A DNA stretch of 32,000 nucleotides. Source: Phycisphaera mikurensis NBRC 102666 (lineage in GTDB: Bacteria > Planctomycetota > Phycisphaerae > Phycisphaerales > Phycisphaeraceae). The stretch lies in the NCBI RefSeq assembly GCF_000284115.1, contig NC_017080.1, forward strand, positions 3,360,001 to 3,392,000, written 5' to 3'. The notes under the pieces were generated by a model, which saw nothing but the letters and a program-made list of their open reading frames with translations, searched no databases and was not told the DNA's origin. The translations under genes and the position numbers were made by a program. Below, one piece after another: positions 1-9,784 of the stretch. How positions within the stretch are numbered: the first letter of the stretch is position 1; each line of letters opens with the position of its first letter.

Positions 1-1
1 C

Positions 2-1138
2 AGCGGGCTCTACGGCGTCAACGGCACCTCGTGGAACCTGCACTTCCGCGGCAACGTGCTGGCGGCGAGCGGCGACCGGACGGTGTTCTTCCTGCACCGG
101 CGCGGCAACGAGAGCGACTACGCCAACGCCTCCCGCGACTGGATCGTGGCGGACAACCGCATCGAGGCGGCGACGCCGGACGCGTCGGTCTACCTGCAGG
201 GCAGCACGCCCGGCCAGTACGCCGAGTTCGTGGCGACCTACCGGGGCAGCGGCAACCTCTACGTGCGGCCCGGGGGCAGCCGGCCCTTCGTCGGGACGGA
301 CGGCCGGCCGATCGACCTCCACGGCTGGCGGGCGCTGACCGGGCAGGAGGAGGGCTCCGCCGCGGTCGCGCCCGGCGAGGGCCCGGCCGCCCGGATCGAA
401 CTCTCCGCGGAGGACCGGCGGCGGCTCGCGGCCGCCAACGCCCGCACCGACCGCTTCCTCGCGATCGCGGCCGCGGTGGAGGCGTCGAGCGGCCCGCCCT
501 TCGAGCGGATCACGCGAGCGGTCGGCAACAACGTCCAGCCGGTGAGCCTCGCCGGGCGGGCGAACCGGGCGCTGCTCGGCGGGGACGCCTGGATCGGCGG
601 CGGCATGCAGCTCAACCAGCTCGGCGGCGGCCGGAGCGTGTTCGCGGGCGTGCCGTTCGACGTCGCCGACCCGGCGGGCGGAGCGGAGGTGGCGATCGCG
701 CTGCGCAGCGAGAAGCTGCCGGGGGTCGCTCGCGCGGTGGAGGTGCCGATCGGCGGCCGCGTCGAGGCCGTCTACGTGCTGCATGGGGCCGGCTGGGTGG
801 ACGACGATCCGGCGCCCGTGGGCGCGTACGAGCTGATCTACGACGACGTCGACGAGGACGCGGCGGGCCTGGTGATCGGCTCGGGCGGTCCGGGCGGCCC
901 GGCGGCGAACACGGAGCCGCTGGTGGGCGACTGGTACGGAAGCTTCCAACCCTTCGACGGGCGGAAGGTGCGGCACGCGCGCCTGCCGGCCAACGAGGCG
1001 GGCGTGGCGGCGAACCTCTACATCGTCGAGATCGTGAACCCGCGGCCGGACCGCGCGGTGCGCAGCCTCCGGCTGCGGAGCTTCGAGGGGCGGGACCCGA
1101 CGCTGGTCGTGCTGGGCGTCACGGCGCTGCGCCGGTGA
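2..1138 (+). CDS. C-terminal part of a right-handed beta-helix / pectate-lyase-like secreted protein (5' end outside window)
   Basis: Frame open from the window edge (SGLYGVNGTSWNLHFRGNVLAASGDRTVFF...DWIVADNRIEAATPD), ends TGA at 1136-1138. 'VADNRIE'-type beta-helix rungs. Confidence 0.6.
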   Translation, partial: SGLYGVNGTSWNLHFRGNVLAASGDRTVFFLHRRGNESDYANASRDWIVADNRIEAATPDASVYLQGSTPGQYAEFVATYRGSGNLYVRPGGSRPFVGTDGRPIDLHGWRALTGQEEGSAAVAPGEGPAARIELSAEDRRRLAAANARTDRFLAIAAAVEASSGPPFERITRAVGNNVQPVSLAGRANRALLGGDAWIGGGMQLNQLGGGRSVFAGVPFDVADPAGGAEVAIALRSEKLPGVARAVEVPIGGRVEAVYVLHGAGWVDDDPAPVGAYELIYDDVDEDAAGLVIGSGGPGGPAANTEPLVGDWYGSFQPFDGRKVRHARLPANEAGVAANLYIVEIVNPRPDRAVRSLRLRSFEGRDPTLVVLGVTALRR

Positions 1139-1140
1139 TC

Positions 1141-1192
1141 GATCCGCGGACCGCCGGCGATTCGGCCCCCGAGCGGCCGCGGTCCGCGGATC
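1141..1192. repeat. Dispersed 46-bp IR element, copy 1 (core 1144-1189, arms extended to 13 bp: GATCCGCGGACCG...CGGTCCGCGGATC)
   Basis: Arms at 1144-1153 and 1180-1189, 26-nt centre; lies 2 nt after the stop of the upstream CDS. Confidence 0.9.
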
Positions 1193-1301
1193 ACCCGCCG
1201 GCGGCGCCGATCGACGTGGCCGGGGGTCGCGGGCGGCCACGGGGCGGGCGTCGCACCCGCAGCGTGATCCGCTCGCACGCCCGGTCCCCCGAGGGCCCGT
1301 G

Positions 1302-2366
1302 TCAGACCGCTCGCGGGTGGGCCTGGGCGTAGGCGGTCCGCATCCGCATGGTGGACAGGTGCGTGTAGACCTGGGTCGTCGACAGGGACTGGTGCCCGAG
1401 CAGCTCCTGCACGCTTCGGAGGTCGGCCCCGTTGTCGAGGAGGTGGGTGGCGAAGCTGTGCCGCAGGGTGTGCGGCGAGATGCCCGGGTCCATGCCGGCG
1501 CCGACGAGGTACTTGTCGAGCTTGCGGCGGACGCTGCGGCTGGACAGCCGGCCGCCGTTCTTGTTGATGAAGACCGGCACCGCGGCGGTGCGGTCGCTCT
1601 CCCGGCGGAGCTTGGCGAAGCGGGGGTCGGGCTCGAGCAGCGTCATGTAGTGGCGGATCGCGGCGAGGGCGTGGCTGCCCAGCGGCACGATCCGCTCCTT
1701 CTTGCCCTTGCCGCGGATGTGCATCGTCTGCTCCGCCATCGAGACGTCGCCGCGGTCCAGCTGCACGAGCTCGCTCACGCGGACGCCGGTGGAGTAAAGC
1801 GTCTCGAGGATCGCCCGGTCGCGGGCGCCCAGCGTCTCGCGGTTGTCGGGAGCCGCCAGCAGCGCCTCCACCTGCTCGACGTTGATGGCCTTGGGCAGCC
1901 GCTTCGCCTGCTTGGGGCTGCGGATGAGCAGCATCGGGTTGACCTGGTCGGGGTCGATGCCCGACAGCCACTTGTAGAAGCTCCGCAGCGTGGCGACCTT
2001 GCGGGCGGTCGTGGCGGGGCTGTAGCCGAACTGGTCGAGGTGGCCGAGCAGGCCGCGGATCGTCATCGCGTCGGCGCCGCGGAGCTTGTAGCCGAGGGTT
2101 TCCTCGTCGATCTCCTCCTCCAGCTGCGCGGCGAGCGGGCCGCCGGCGAGGTACTCCACGTACTGGCGGAGGTCGGCCCCGTAGCACCGGGCGGTGTACG
2201 GGCTGAAGTGGCGCTCGTGGGTGAGGTAGTCGAGGAAGCGCTGGACCAGCGGGTGGTTCACGCTGGGCTTCGCCGCTGCCGCCGCCCTTGCCCCCCCGGC
2301 GGCGGGCGTGGCGGGCGTGGCGGCCGGTCGGGCTTCGTCGGGGAGGGGCTTGGAGGCGGCGGGCAT
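1302..2366 (-). CDS. xerC: Tyrosine recombinase, XerC/XerD family
   Basis: 354 aa; SAM-like N-terminal domain (HPLVQRFLDYLTHERHFSPYTARCYGADL) and catalytic motifs TGVRVSEL, HTLRHSFATHLL, LGHQSLSTTQVYTHL. Confidence 0.9.
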   Translation of the reverse strand: MPAASKPLPDEARPAATPATPAAGGARAAAAAKPSVNHPLVQRFLDYLTHERHFSPYTARCYGADLRQYVEYLAGGPLAAQLEEEIDEETLGYKLRGADAMTIRGLLGHLDQFGYSPATTARKVATLRSFYKWLSGIDPDQVNPMLLIRSPKQAKRLPKAINVEQVEALLAAPDNRETLGARDRAILETLYSTGVRVSELVQLDRGDVSMAEQTMHIRGKGKKERIVPLGSHALAAIRHYMTLLEPDPRFAKLRRESDRTAAVPVFINKNGGRLSSRSVRRKLDKYLVGAGMDPGISPHTLRHSFATHLLDNGADLRSVQELLGHQSLSTTQVYTHLSTMRMRTAYAQAHPRAV

Positions 2367-2569
2367 GGGCGTCCTGAGGGAGCGGAACGGGGGCTCAGGA
2401 AAAACGGCCTCATGCCGAGATTCGGAAGGAACAAGCGGCGGGAGCCGGTGGGATCGATCGGCTCCGCCGACGCGTTCCGGCTTCGCCGGAAGGGATTTTC
2501 GCTCGCTCGGAAGCGAGGTAAAGGCCGCGGGCTATCGGTCGGATCGCCGCGGCGGGGGCAACTCCGCGG

Positions 2570-2833
2570 TCAGGCGGCCGCCTCGTCGATGCGTCGGGCG
2601 AGGCGGCCGCGGAGCTGGTGGCACAGGAGCGCGGCGTCGTACCAGGTGAGCGCGCAGGCGGGGTCGGCCACCAGCGGGGCGAGCTTCGCGATGAGCGCGG
2701 ACTCGCCCCCTTCGGGGCAGTCGAAGGCGTAGCGGCGGCCGCCGCGGACGACGGCGACCGCGCGGGGGAACCCCGGCTCCGGCGGATCGGGCCGCGGCCC
2801 GCGCTCGCGCTCTGGTTCGGGGAGGTCGTTCAT
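2570..2833 (-). CDS. Small hypothetical protein (87 aa)
   Basis: ORF MNDLPEPERERGPRP...LRGRLARRIDEAAA; fits the gap between XerC and the lipoprotein gene on the same strand. Confidence 0.45.
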   Translation of the reverse strand: MNDLPEPERERGPRPDPPEPGFPRAVAVVRGGRRYAFDCPEGGESALIAKLAPLVADPACALTWYDAALLCHQLRGRLARRIDEAAA

Positions 2834-2851
2834 CGCTTCGGCAACGGGGGA

Positions 2852-3652
2852 TCAACGCCCCGGGGAGGCCGCGAGCAGCTCCCCGGCGGCCTCGTAGGCG
2901 ACGAACTCGGCGAAGAGGTCGGCGCTGATGCGGTGGAGCCGGGCGTCGGTGTCGCTGCGCGCGTAGTCGGTGCCGCGGTGGCGGGCGAAACGCGCGAGGC
3001 GGTCCTGGAGGCCCGGGTTCGAGGCGTTGTAGACGCGGGAGATCGCGGCGACGGGGCCCGGGGTCGCGGCGGGGCCAGCGGCCCGGACCTCGGCCCGGGT
3101 CGGGCGGGCGGCGCGGGCGAGCGCCCGCGTGTCGGGAGCACCCGGAGCGACGGCCCAGACCTCCCGGTCGGCGTCGGCGTCGGTTCCGGTCCCGGTTCCG
3201 GTGTCGGGGGCCGGCGCGGCGGGCGTGGCCGGGGCCGTGTAGAAGGCACCCAGGTTCAAGCCGAGCTTCGGGGGGTCGTACGGATCGAAGGCGGTGATCG
3301 TCCCGGCGACCAGGCCGCCCACGCCCAGTCCGTCCCGCAGGGCGACCGCTTCCTCGTTGGTGCGAACCTCCGCGAGCCCCAGCCGCTCCATGGCCGCGAG
3401 AACGCGGTTCACCGGGACCGTGGTCACGCCGGCGGCGCCATTGAGCCGCTCGGTGAGCCGGTCGGCGAGGCGGACGCCGTCCGCGTGGACGCTGCCGCTC
3501 TCGTTGAGCAGCGGCGCCACCGCCAGCGTGCGCTCGCCGGCCCAGGGCGCCCGCAGCGTCGCGGCGCGGCGGGGCCCCAGCGTGCAGCCCGCGAGCGTCG
3601 CCGCCGCGACCAGCAGCGGGAGGAGCACCAGGTGGGGGCGGCGGGAACGCAT
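2852..3652 (-). CDS. Hypothetical lipoprotein
   Basis: 266 aa; signal peptide with lipobox LAGC (MRSRRPHLVLLPLLVAAATLAGCTLG), body resembles CsgG/GNA1162-type 'RTLAVAPLLNESG...LADRLTERL'. Confidence 0.75.
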   Translation of the reverse strand: MRSRRPHLVLLPLLVAAATLAGCTLGPRRAATLRAPWAGERTLAVAPLLNESGSVHADGVRLADRLTERLNGAAGVTTVPVNRVLAAMERLGLAEVRTNEEAVALRDGLGVGGLVAGTITAFDPYDPPKLGLNLGAFYTAPATPAAPAPDTGTGTGTDADADREVWAVAPGAPDTRALARAARPTRAEVRAAGPAATPGPVAAISRVYNASNPGLQDRLARFARHRGTDYARSDTDARLHRISADLFAEFVAYEAAGELLAASPGR

Positions 3653-3658
3653 GGCGGT

Positions 3659-5095
3659 TCAGGGGCCGGTCGGGACGCCCGCCTGCATGTCGCCGGGACC
3701 GGCGGTCCCGCCGCCGGGCCGCGCGTCGGCTTCGGCGTCGGCGTCGGCGGGGGCCACCGGGAGCCCGACCGCGCCGGCACCCGGCCCGCCCGCCGCGGCG
3801 ACGCCGCGAGGCCGGACCGACCAGATGTTCTCCACGCCGCCGTCCCGCCCGGGGCCCGCGGGGGCGCTGCCGCGGTCACTGATGAAGTAGACGCGGCCAT
3901 CGGGGCCCCAGCTGGGCTGCAGGTTCGCGGCGTCGCCGGTGGTCAGCTTCGAGCGGCCCGAGCCGTCGCGGCGGATCGTCCAGACGTCGGCGCGGGTGGG
4001 TTGCGTCGGGTCCTCACCGGCGGGGTCGAGCACGGTGCAGAAGACCAGGCTCTCGCCGTCGGGGCTCCACCGCGGCGTGATGACCGCGGCGTTGGACGAC
4101 ACCGCCACCTCGGTGGGCCGCACGGCCTCGCCGTCCTCCAGCTGCACCGTCCACACCGAGAACCAGCGGCTGCCGCGCTCGCGGGCCCGCTGGAAGGCGA
4201 TCGTGTCGTCGGCGGGCGACCACACCGGGAAGAGGCCGCGGCCGATGATGCGCTTCTTGGTGGGCCGGTCGACGTCGATCACGACCAGCTCCCACCCGCC
4301 GGCGTGCGGGCTGAAGGACGAGTAGACGAGCCGCTGGCCGTCGGGCGAGAAGCTGGGGTGGACGTTGTGGCCGTCGTCGTCGGTGAGCTTGACGGCCCGG
4401 CCGCCGCCGGCATCCATGAGGTAGAGGTCCCACGTGCCCGAGCGGTCCGAGGCGAAGGCGATGCGGCGGCCGTCGGGGCTGACGGCGGGCATCACGTCGT
4501 TGGCGGGGTCGTCGGTGAGCTGCGTGACGGAGGTCCCGCCGATCGCCTGCCGGTAGAGGTCGGCGGTGGGCCGGTGGCGGGTGGAGGCGAAGTAGAGCGT
4601 CTCGCCGTCGGGGGCCGGGGCGACGTCGAAGTCGTCGCCCTCGGTGGTGGAGGTGATGCGGCTGAGGCCCGCGTCGGCGGAGCCGTCGCGCGAGGGCTCG
4701 GGCTGCACGCCCTCGAATTGGCCGTAGAGGTTGAAGCCGGTGGAGCGCGGGTCGGCGGCCGAGGCGGCGGCGGCGGGCACGATCGCGACGTCGTGGGCCG
4801 GGGCGGCGAGCACGACGCTCGGCGGCGTCGGGGGCGCCGGCGGAGCGACCGAAGCCGCCCGGGCGGCGGAGGCGGTGTCGGGCGCCGGCACGACGGCGCC
4901 GGAGGGGGTCGGCGAGGGGGCGGCCCCGGCGGAAGCCAGGCCGGCCGCGGGGGTTCCGCCCGCCGGCCGCGGCGCGTAGCCGGTGGTCGGCGTGACGGCG
5001 GCCTGGCACCCGGCGAGCAGCAGCACGCCGGCGGCGGCAAACGGGGCGGGGCGGAGCGTCAAGGGGGTCGGTCGGAGCGTGGACGTTGCGGTCAT
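3659..5095 (-). CDS. Lipoprotein with TolB-like WD40/PD40 beta-propeller repeats
   Basis: Start taken at MTATSTLRPTPL (478 aa); lipobox LLLAGC; repeated 'AVSPDGRRIAFASDRSGTWDLYLMDAGGG', 'SFSPDGQRLVYSSF', 'RWSPDGESLVFCTV'. The longer ORF to 5659 has no support. Confidence 0.85.
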   Translation of the reverse strand: MTATSTLRPTPLTLRPAPFAAAGVLLLAGCQAAVTPTTGYAPRPAGGTPAAGLASAGAAPSPTPSGAVVPAPDTASAARAASVAPPAPPTPPSVVLAAPAHDVAIVPAAAASAADPRSTGFNLYGQFEGVQPEPSRDGSADAGLSRITSTTEGDDFDVAPAPDGETLYFASTRHRPTADLYRQAIGGTSVTQLTDDPANDVMPAVSPDGRRIAFASDRSGTWDLYLMDAGGGRAVKLTDDDGHNVHPSFSPDGQRLVYSSFSPHAGGWELVVIDVDRPTKKRIIGRGLFPVWSPADDTIAFQRARERGSRWFSVWTVQLEDGEAVRPTEVAVSSNAAVITPRWSPDGESLVFCTVLDPAGEDPTQPTRADVWTIRRDGSGRSKLTTGDAANLQPSWGPDGRVYFISDRGSAPAGPGRDGGVENIWSVRPRGVAAAGGPGAGAVGLPVAPADADAEADARPGGGTAGPGDMQAGVPTGP

Positions 5096-5450
5096 CGGGG
5101 GCGTCCGGGTGAGGTGCTTGGGCGGCGGGGGGCCGCCGTCGGGGAGCGGTATCGGACGCAGCGCCGCCCGCCCATGAGGCGGAGCCCGGGCCCGCGGCGC
5201 GGCGGATCCTCTAAGGTCTTCGCCGCCTCCTGCGCCAGCGGCCCCGGCCGCCGGCGCGGGCTGGGGCGCTGGAGGGCGCAACGCGGCCCCCGCGGAGCGA
5301 CGCGGCGTCGCGGCGGGTCTGCCGGGGTTGTCCCCGGGGGGGGCTGCGGGGGACGCGCGGAGCGGACACCCCACGCCGTAAGACGGCATCGAAGCCGGCG
5401 ACTCCCCCGGCCGGCCGCCGCCGCTTCGTCCGTCCCGCCCGCCCCCCGCC

Positions 5451-7145
5451 ATGCTCGTCGCGACCGCCGCCCTCCTCGCCGCCGCCGCCCCGCCCGCGTG
5501 GGCGGAGCCCCCGGCGGCGGAAGCGGTCTTCCAGGACGGCGGCGGCCTCCGCCTCGCGGTGACGGTGGCGTACGTGCTGCTGCTCGCGGCGCTGTGCGCC
5601 TTCGGCGGGCACCGCTTCCTCATGGTCCGGTTGTTCCTGCGGCACCGGCGCGACCGCATCCGCCCCGCCCGCCGCTACGCCGACGAAGAGCTGCCGGCGG
5701 TGACGGTCCAGCTGCCCCTCTTCAACGAGGGGGCCGTGGCGGCGCGGGTGATCGACGCCGCCGCCGCCCTCGACTACCCCCGCCTGCAGGTGCAGGTGCT
5801 CGACGACTCCAACGACGGCAGCGAGCGGATCGGCGCCGAGCGAGCGGCCTTCTGGCGCGGCCGCGGCGTCGACGTCGTGCACGCGCACCGCGCCGACCGC
5901 TCCGGGTACAAGGCGGGCGCCCTCGCCGCGGGGCTCCAGACCGCGACCGGCGAGCTGGTCGCGATCTTCGACGCCGACTTCGTCCCCCCCGCGGGCTTCC
6001 TCCGGGCCGCCGTCCACTTCTTCACCGACCCGGGCATCGGCATGGTGCAGGCGCGCTGGGGGCACCTCAACCGCGACGAGTCGGCGCTGACCGCGGCGCA
6101 GGCGATCCTGCTCGACGGCCACTTCGTGGTCGAGCACACCGCCCGCAACCGCTCGGGGGTGTTCATGCACTTCAACGGCACCGCCGGCCTGTGGCGGCGC
6201 CGCTGCATCGACGACGCCGGGGGCTGGTCGCACGACACGCTGACCGAGGACGTGGACCTCTCGTACCGGGCGCAGCTGCGGGGCTGGCGGTTCCTCTTCC
6301 TCCCGCGCCTGGTGTGCCCGGCGGAGCTACCGCGGGAGATGAACGCGTTCAAAACGCAGCAGCACCGCTGGACCAAGGGCAGCGTGCAGACGGCGATGAA
6401 GCTGCTGCCGCTGGTGTTCCGGTCGGACCAGCCGCTGAAGGTGAAGGCCGAGGCGGCGGCTCACCTGCTCAGCCCGGCGACGTACCTGGCGGTGATCGGC
6501 TTCACCGCCCTGTGCTACCCCGCCATCGTCATGAACCTGCGGTACACGCCCGCCGGCGCCTTCTGGGGCCTGGGCGTCGGCGTGCTGCTGCTGTGCCTGG
6601 GCACGATCTCCGCGGCGACCTTCTACGTGGTGAGCCAGGCCGCCCTCGGCCGCTCGGCGTGGAAGACGATGCTGCGGGTGCCCTTGCTCATGGCCCTCGC
6701 GGTGGGCATCGCGGTGTCCAACGCGGCGGCGGTGCTGGAGGCGCTGGTCGGTCACCGCAGCGGCTTCGTGCGGACGCCCAAGCTGGGCGGGGCGGAGGCG
6801 GGAACCGAGGCGGATTCGGGGCCGGGCCCGACGCCGCGGGTGCGGGTGTCTCCGGCGAAGGCGGTGGTGATCGCGGCGGAGCTGGGCATGGGGCTGCTGA
6901 TGCTCGAGGCCGCGCGGCGGGGGCTGATGTCCGGCGCGACCGCCATCAGCACGCCCTTCCTGCTGCTCTTCGCGTGCGGCTACCTCTACGTGGGCTCCGC
7001 CTCCTTGTGGGGCCTGCGGCCGCGGACCGCGCGGGCAAACGCCGGCGAGGCCGCGCGGTCCGCGGGGACGGAGCGCGCGGCCCGGCGAGAAGCGCCCCCC
7101 GGCGAGGCCAAGATCGCGATCGGCCGCGAGGCCGTGGCTTCCTGA
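5451..7145 (+). CDS. Membrane glycosyltransferase family 2 (cellulose synthase-like / CslA-type)
   Basis: 564 aa; 'TVQLPLFNEGAVAARVIDAAAALDYPRLQVQVLDDSNDG', 'FDADFVPP', 'LTEDVDLSYRAQLRGW', 'QQHRWTKGS' (Q..RW), followed by multiple TM segments. Confidence 0.9.
   Translation: MLVATAALLAAAAPPAWAEPPAAEAVFQDGGGLRLAVTVAYVLLLAALCAFGGHRFLMVRLFLRHRRDRIRPARRYADEELPAVTVQLPLFNEGAVAARVIDAAAALDYPRLQVQVLDDSNDGSERIGAERAAFWRGRGVDVVHAHRADRSGYKAGALAAGLQTATGELVAIFDADFVPPAGFLRAAVHFFTDPGIGMVQARWGHLNRDESALTAAQAILLDGHFVVEHTARNRSGVFMHFNGTAGLWRRRCIDDAGGWSHDTLTEDVDLSYRAQLRGWRFLFLPRLVCPAELPREMNAFKTQQHRWTKGSVQTAMKLLPLVFRSDQPLKVKAEAAAHLLSPATYLAVIGFTALCYPAIVMNLRYTPAGAFWGLGVGVLLLCLGTISAATFYVVSQAALGRSAWKTMLRVPLLMALAVGIAVSNAAAVLEALVGHRSGFVRTPKLGGAEAGTEADSGPGPTPRVRVSPAKAVVIAAELGMGLLMLEAARRGLMSGATAISTPFLLLFACGYLYVGSASLWGLRPRTARANAGEAARSAGTERAARREAPPGEAKIAIGREAVAS
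7020..7065. repeat. Dispersed 46-bp IR element, copy 2, within the GT2 C-terminal tail
   Basis: CCGCGGACCG (7020-7029), 26-nt centre, CGGTCCGCGG (7056-7065). Confidence 0.9.
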
Positions 7146-7177
7146 AGCGGGCGGCGCGGGCCCTTTAGGCTCCCGCC

Positions 7178-9784
7178 GTGCGGCGCCTGCTCGACACCTG
7201 CATCCACGCCGCCGAGGCGCGGCCCCGCGGGGCCGTGCTCGTCGGCGTGCTCGTGATGCTGCTGGGCGCCGGCTCGGCGTTGACGCTGCGGCCGGGCACG
7301 GCGGTGGAGGACATGCTGCCGGCCGCCTCGCCTTCGGCCGAGGCGCTGGGCCGGGTGCTGCAGGACTTCCGACTCATCGACGACCTCGTGCTCGTCGTCG
7401 ACCCACCGGCGGGCGCCCAGGAAGCCGACGTCGCGGCCCAGACGCGCCGGCTGGCCGACCGTCTCCGGGTCCGGCTGGCCGGGGACAGGAGCATCGGCGG
7501 CGTGCGGGCGTCCGCCGGGCAAGCCGACGGGGCGGGCGTGGCGGGGATGGCGCAGCTGCACGCGTACGCGGCGGCGTACGCCCCCTGGCTGCTCGACGGA
7601 GCCGGCCGCGAGCGGCTGCGGGCGGCGCTGGAGCCGGCCGCGATGCGGGCCTCGCTGGAGCGCCTGCGGCGCTCGCTGGGCGCAGCCGGCAGCGAGTCCG
7701 CGGCCGGGGCGGGGCCGACCGCGGCCGATCCGCTGGGGCTGGTCGCGACGCTGCTCGACCCCGGGAGCGACCCGCTGGCCGCGCCGCCGGTCGGACCCGC
7801 CGACGCGGCCGCCCCGCCGTCGATCCGCATCGCCGCCACGCGGCCCGCGAACGACCTGCCCTACGCCGCGTCGCTGCTGAAGACCGTGACCGCCGCGGTC
7901 GCCGCCGAGAACGACGACCAGCTCGAAACGACCGCGACCGGCGCCCACGCCATCGCCGACTTCACGGCCCGCTCGGTCCGCGCCGACATGGTCATCAGCC
8001 TCGCGGTGACGATGGCCTCGCTGTCGCTGCTCTTCCTGCTGGTCTACCGCAGCGGGCGAACCCTCCCGCTGCTCTTGCTGACCGTCAACGGCGGGCTGGT
8101 AACGGCCTTCGGCCTGTACGCGGCGTTCGGCGGGAGCCTCTCGCCGGTGACCGCCGTGTGCGGGGCCGTGCTCGCCGGCCTGGGCATCGACTACGGCGTT
8201 CACCTGCTCGCGGCGCGGCGCTTCGACCGCGACGCGGCGCCGCCGCTCGTGGGCCAGGCGGCGGCGGACGCGAGCCGACCCGCACCCGCGGCCGGTGGCG
8301 TCATGGGCATCGGCCCGACGCTCGTCGCCGCCTGCGTGACCTCGTGCATCGGCTTCGCCGCGGTCGGCCTCGCCGGCGTGCGGGCGCTCAGCGAGTTCGC
8401 CGTGCTCGGCGTCTTGGGCCTCGTCGCGACGCTGGCGATGACGCTGTTGTTCCTACCCGCCGCCCTGAAGCTCGCCGGCGGCGCCGACGCGGCGCGGCCG
8501 CGGCTCGACCCCCAGCCGCTGCTCCGCCGGCTGCTCCGCCGGCCGCGTGTGCCGCTGTTCGCCGTGTCGATCGGCGGGGGCATGGTGGCCGCGGTGCTCT
8601 CCACCGGCGGCGGCGTCCGCTTCGCCAGCGACCTGGAGGCGATGCACGCCCGCCCCAACCCGCCGCTGGAGGCGCAAGCCCGGTTGACGGGCGCGGCCGA
8701 AGCCTCGGGCGGGCTGCTCGTGCTCGTGGAGGCCGACCCGCTGAGGCCCGGGTCGCTGCGCGAGCGGACGCTCGCCGCCGAGGCCGCGCTGGCCCGGCTC
8801 GCGGCCGAGGCCGGCTCGCCGGTCGCTTCGGTGACCGGCCCGGGCCGCTTCCTGCCCACCGGCGACGCCGACGCCGCGTACGCCGGGCTCGACGCCGACG
8901 CCGCCCTCGCCGCTCTGGACGCCGCCGCGTCGGAGGCGGGCTTCGCGCCGAACGCCTTCGCGGGCTTCCGGGAGACGCTCCGCACGCTGCTCACCCCCGC
9001 CCCGCCGCCGGGCCCCGAGGCGCTCGCGTCGACCCCGCTGGCCCGGCTGCTGCCCCGAAGCTCCGCCGCCGGCGCCATCCCGGCGGCGCTGGTGGTCGTG
9101 CGGCTCGCCCGGCCCTGGGAGCTGCTGGCCGATCGGGCGGCCGCCTTGGACCGCGTGCGGGCCGCGCTCGCGCCCGTCCGCGGCGCCACCGCCACCGGCC
9201 TCGCGGTCGTCGGCGCGGACATGCAGGCCCGCATCGCCGAGGTGCTGCCCCGCCTGCTCGCGATCGCCGGCCTGGCGGTGGTGCTCTGGCTCGCCGTCGT
9301 GTTCCGCAACCCCTGGGACGTCTTCCTCGCGCTCGGGCCCGCCGCCCTGGGCCTCGCCGCCGTGCTCGCCGCCGTCGTCCTCACCGACACCGAGCTGCAG
9401 GCCGCCAACCTCATCGCGCTGCCGCTCACGCTGGGCCTGGGCGTGGACGACGGCATCTTCCTGGTCCACCTCGCCCGCAAGGTGCGGCGGGCCAGCGAGA
9501 CGCCGACCGCGGGCGTGACCGCCCGCACGCTCGAGGCCGCGGCCGCCGGGCCGGTCCACGCGATCCTCATCACCAGCGTCACCACCATCGCCGCCTTCGG
9601 CTCGCTGTGGTTCACGCGGAGCCCGGCGATCGCGTCGCTGGGCCTGCTCTCGGCGGTCGGCGTCACGGCCTGCCTGGCCGTGTCGGTGCTCGGCCTGCTG
9701 CCGGCGCTGGCGATCCAGCAGCGCTGGCTGGTGAAGCGCCGCGAGGCGCGGGAGCAGCGCAGCGCCGGGCGGCCGGGCCGGTGA
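7178..9784 (+). CDS. MMPL/RND-family membrane transporter (HpnN-like)
   Basis: 868 aa, GTG start; two repeats of large periplasmic domain plus hydrophobic cluster, 'GLGIDYGVHLLAARRF' and 'GLGVDDGIFLVHLARKVRR'. Confidence 0.85.
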   Translation: MRRLLDTCIHAAEARPRGAVLVGVLVMLLGAGSALTLRPGTAVEDMLPAASPSAEALGRVLQDFRLIDDLVLVVDPPAGAQEADVAAQTRRLADRLRVRLAGDRSIGGVRASAGQADGAGVAGMAQLHAYAAAYAPWLLDGAGRERLRAALEPAAMRASLERLRRSLGAAGSESAAGAGPTAADPLGLVATLLDPGSDPLAAPPVGPADAAAPPSIRIAATRPANDLPYAASLLKTVTAAVAAENDDQLETTATGAHAIADFTARSVRADMVISLAVTMASLSLLFLLVYRSGRTLPLLLLTVNGGLVTAFGLYAAFGGSLSPVTAVCGAVLAGLGIDYGVHLLAARRFDRDAAPPLVGQAAADASRPAPAAGGVMGIGPTLVAACVTSCIGFAAVGLAGVRALSEFAVLGVLGLVATLAMTLLFLPAALKLAGGADAARPRLDPQPLLRRLLRRPRVPLFAVSIGGGMVAAVLSTGGGVRFASDLEAMHARPNPPLEAQARLTGAAEASGGLLVLVEADPLRPGSLRERTLAAEAALARLAAEAGSPVASVTGPGRFLPTGDADAAYAGLDADAALAALDAAASEAGFAPNAFAGFRETLRTLLTPAPPPGPEALASTPLARLLPRSSAAGAIPAALVVVRLARPWELLADRAAALDRVRAALAPVRGATATGLAVVGADMQARIAEVLPRLLAIAGLAVVLWLAVVFRNPWDVFLALGPAALGLAAVLAAVVLTDTELQAANLIALPLTLGLGVDDGIFLVHLARKVRRASETPTAGVTARTLEAAAAGPVHAILITSVTTIAAFGSLWFTRSPAIASLGLLSAVGVTACLAVSVLGLLPALAIQQRWLVKRREAREQRSAGRPGR

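Noticed and set aside
1302-2366. Tyrosine recombinase considered as the mobilising enzyme of an integron or integrative element
   Set aside because: Sequence looks like a housekeeping XerC/D. No attachment repeats, cargo genes or tRNA-linked duplication found. Any link to the 46-bp elements would be speculation.
3170-3215. Short simple repeats (gtcggcgtcgg..., ccggttccggt) in the lipoprotein gene
   Set aside because: Encode a low-complexity TGTGTDADAD linker. No CRISPR-like repeat-spacer regularity.
2618-7168. 1516-aa plus-strand ORF, and similar long ORFs at 31-1332, 8158-10506 (upstream part), 15796-18117, 15996-18218 and 19547-21043
   Set aside because: Arg/Gly/Pro/Ala-rich shadow frames expected in ~75% GC DNA. 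They lie antisense or out of frame to genes with clear family motifs.
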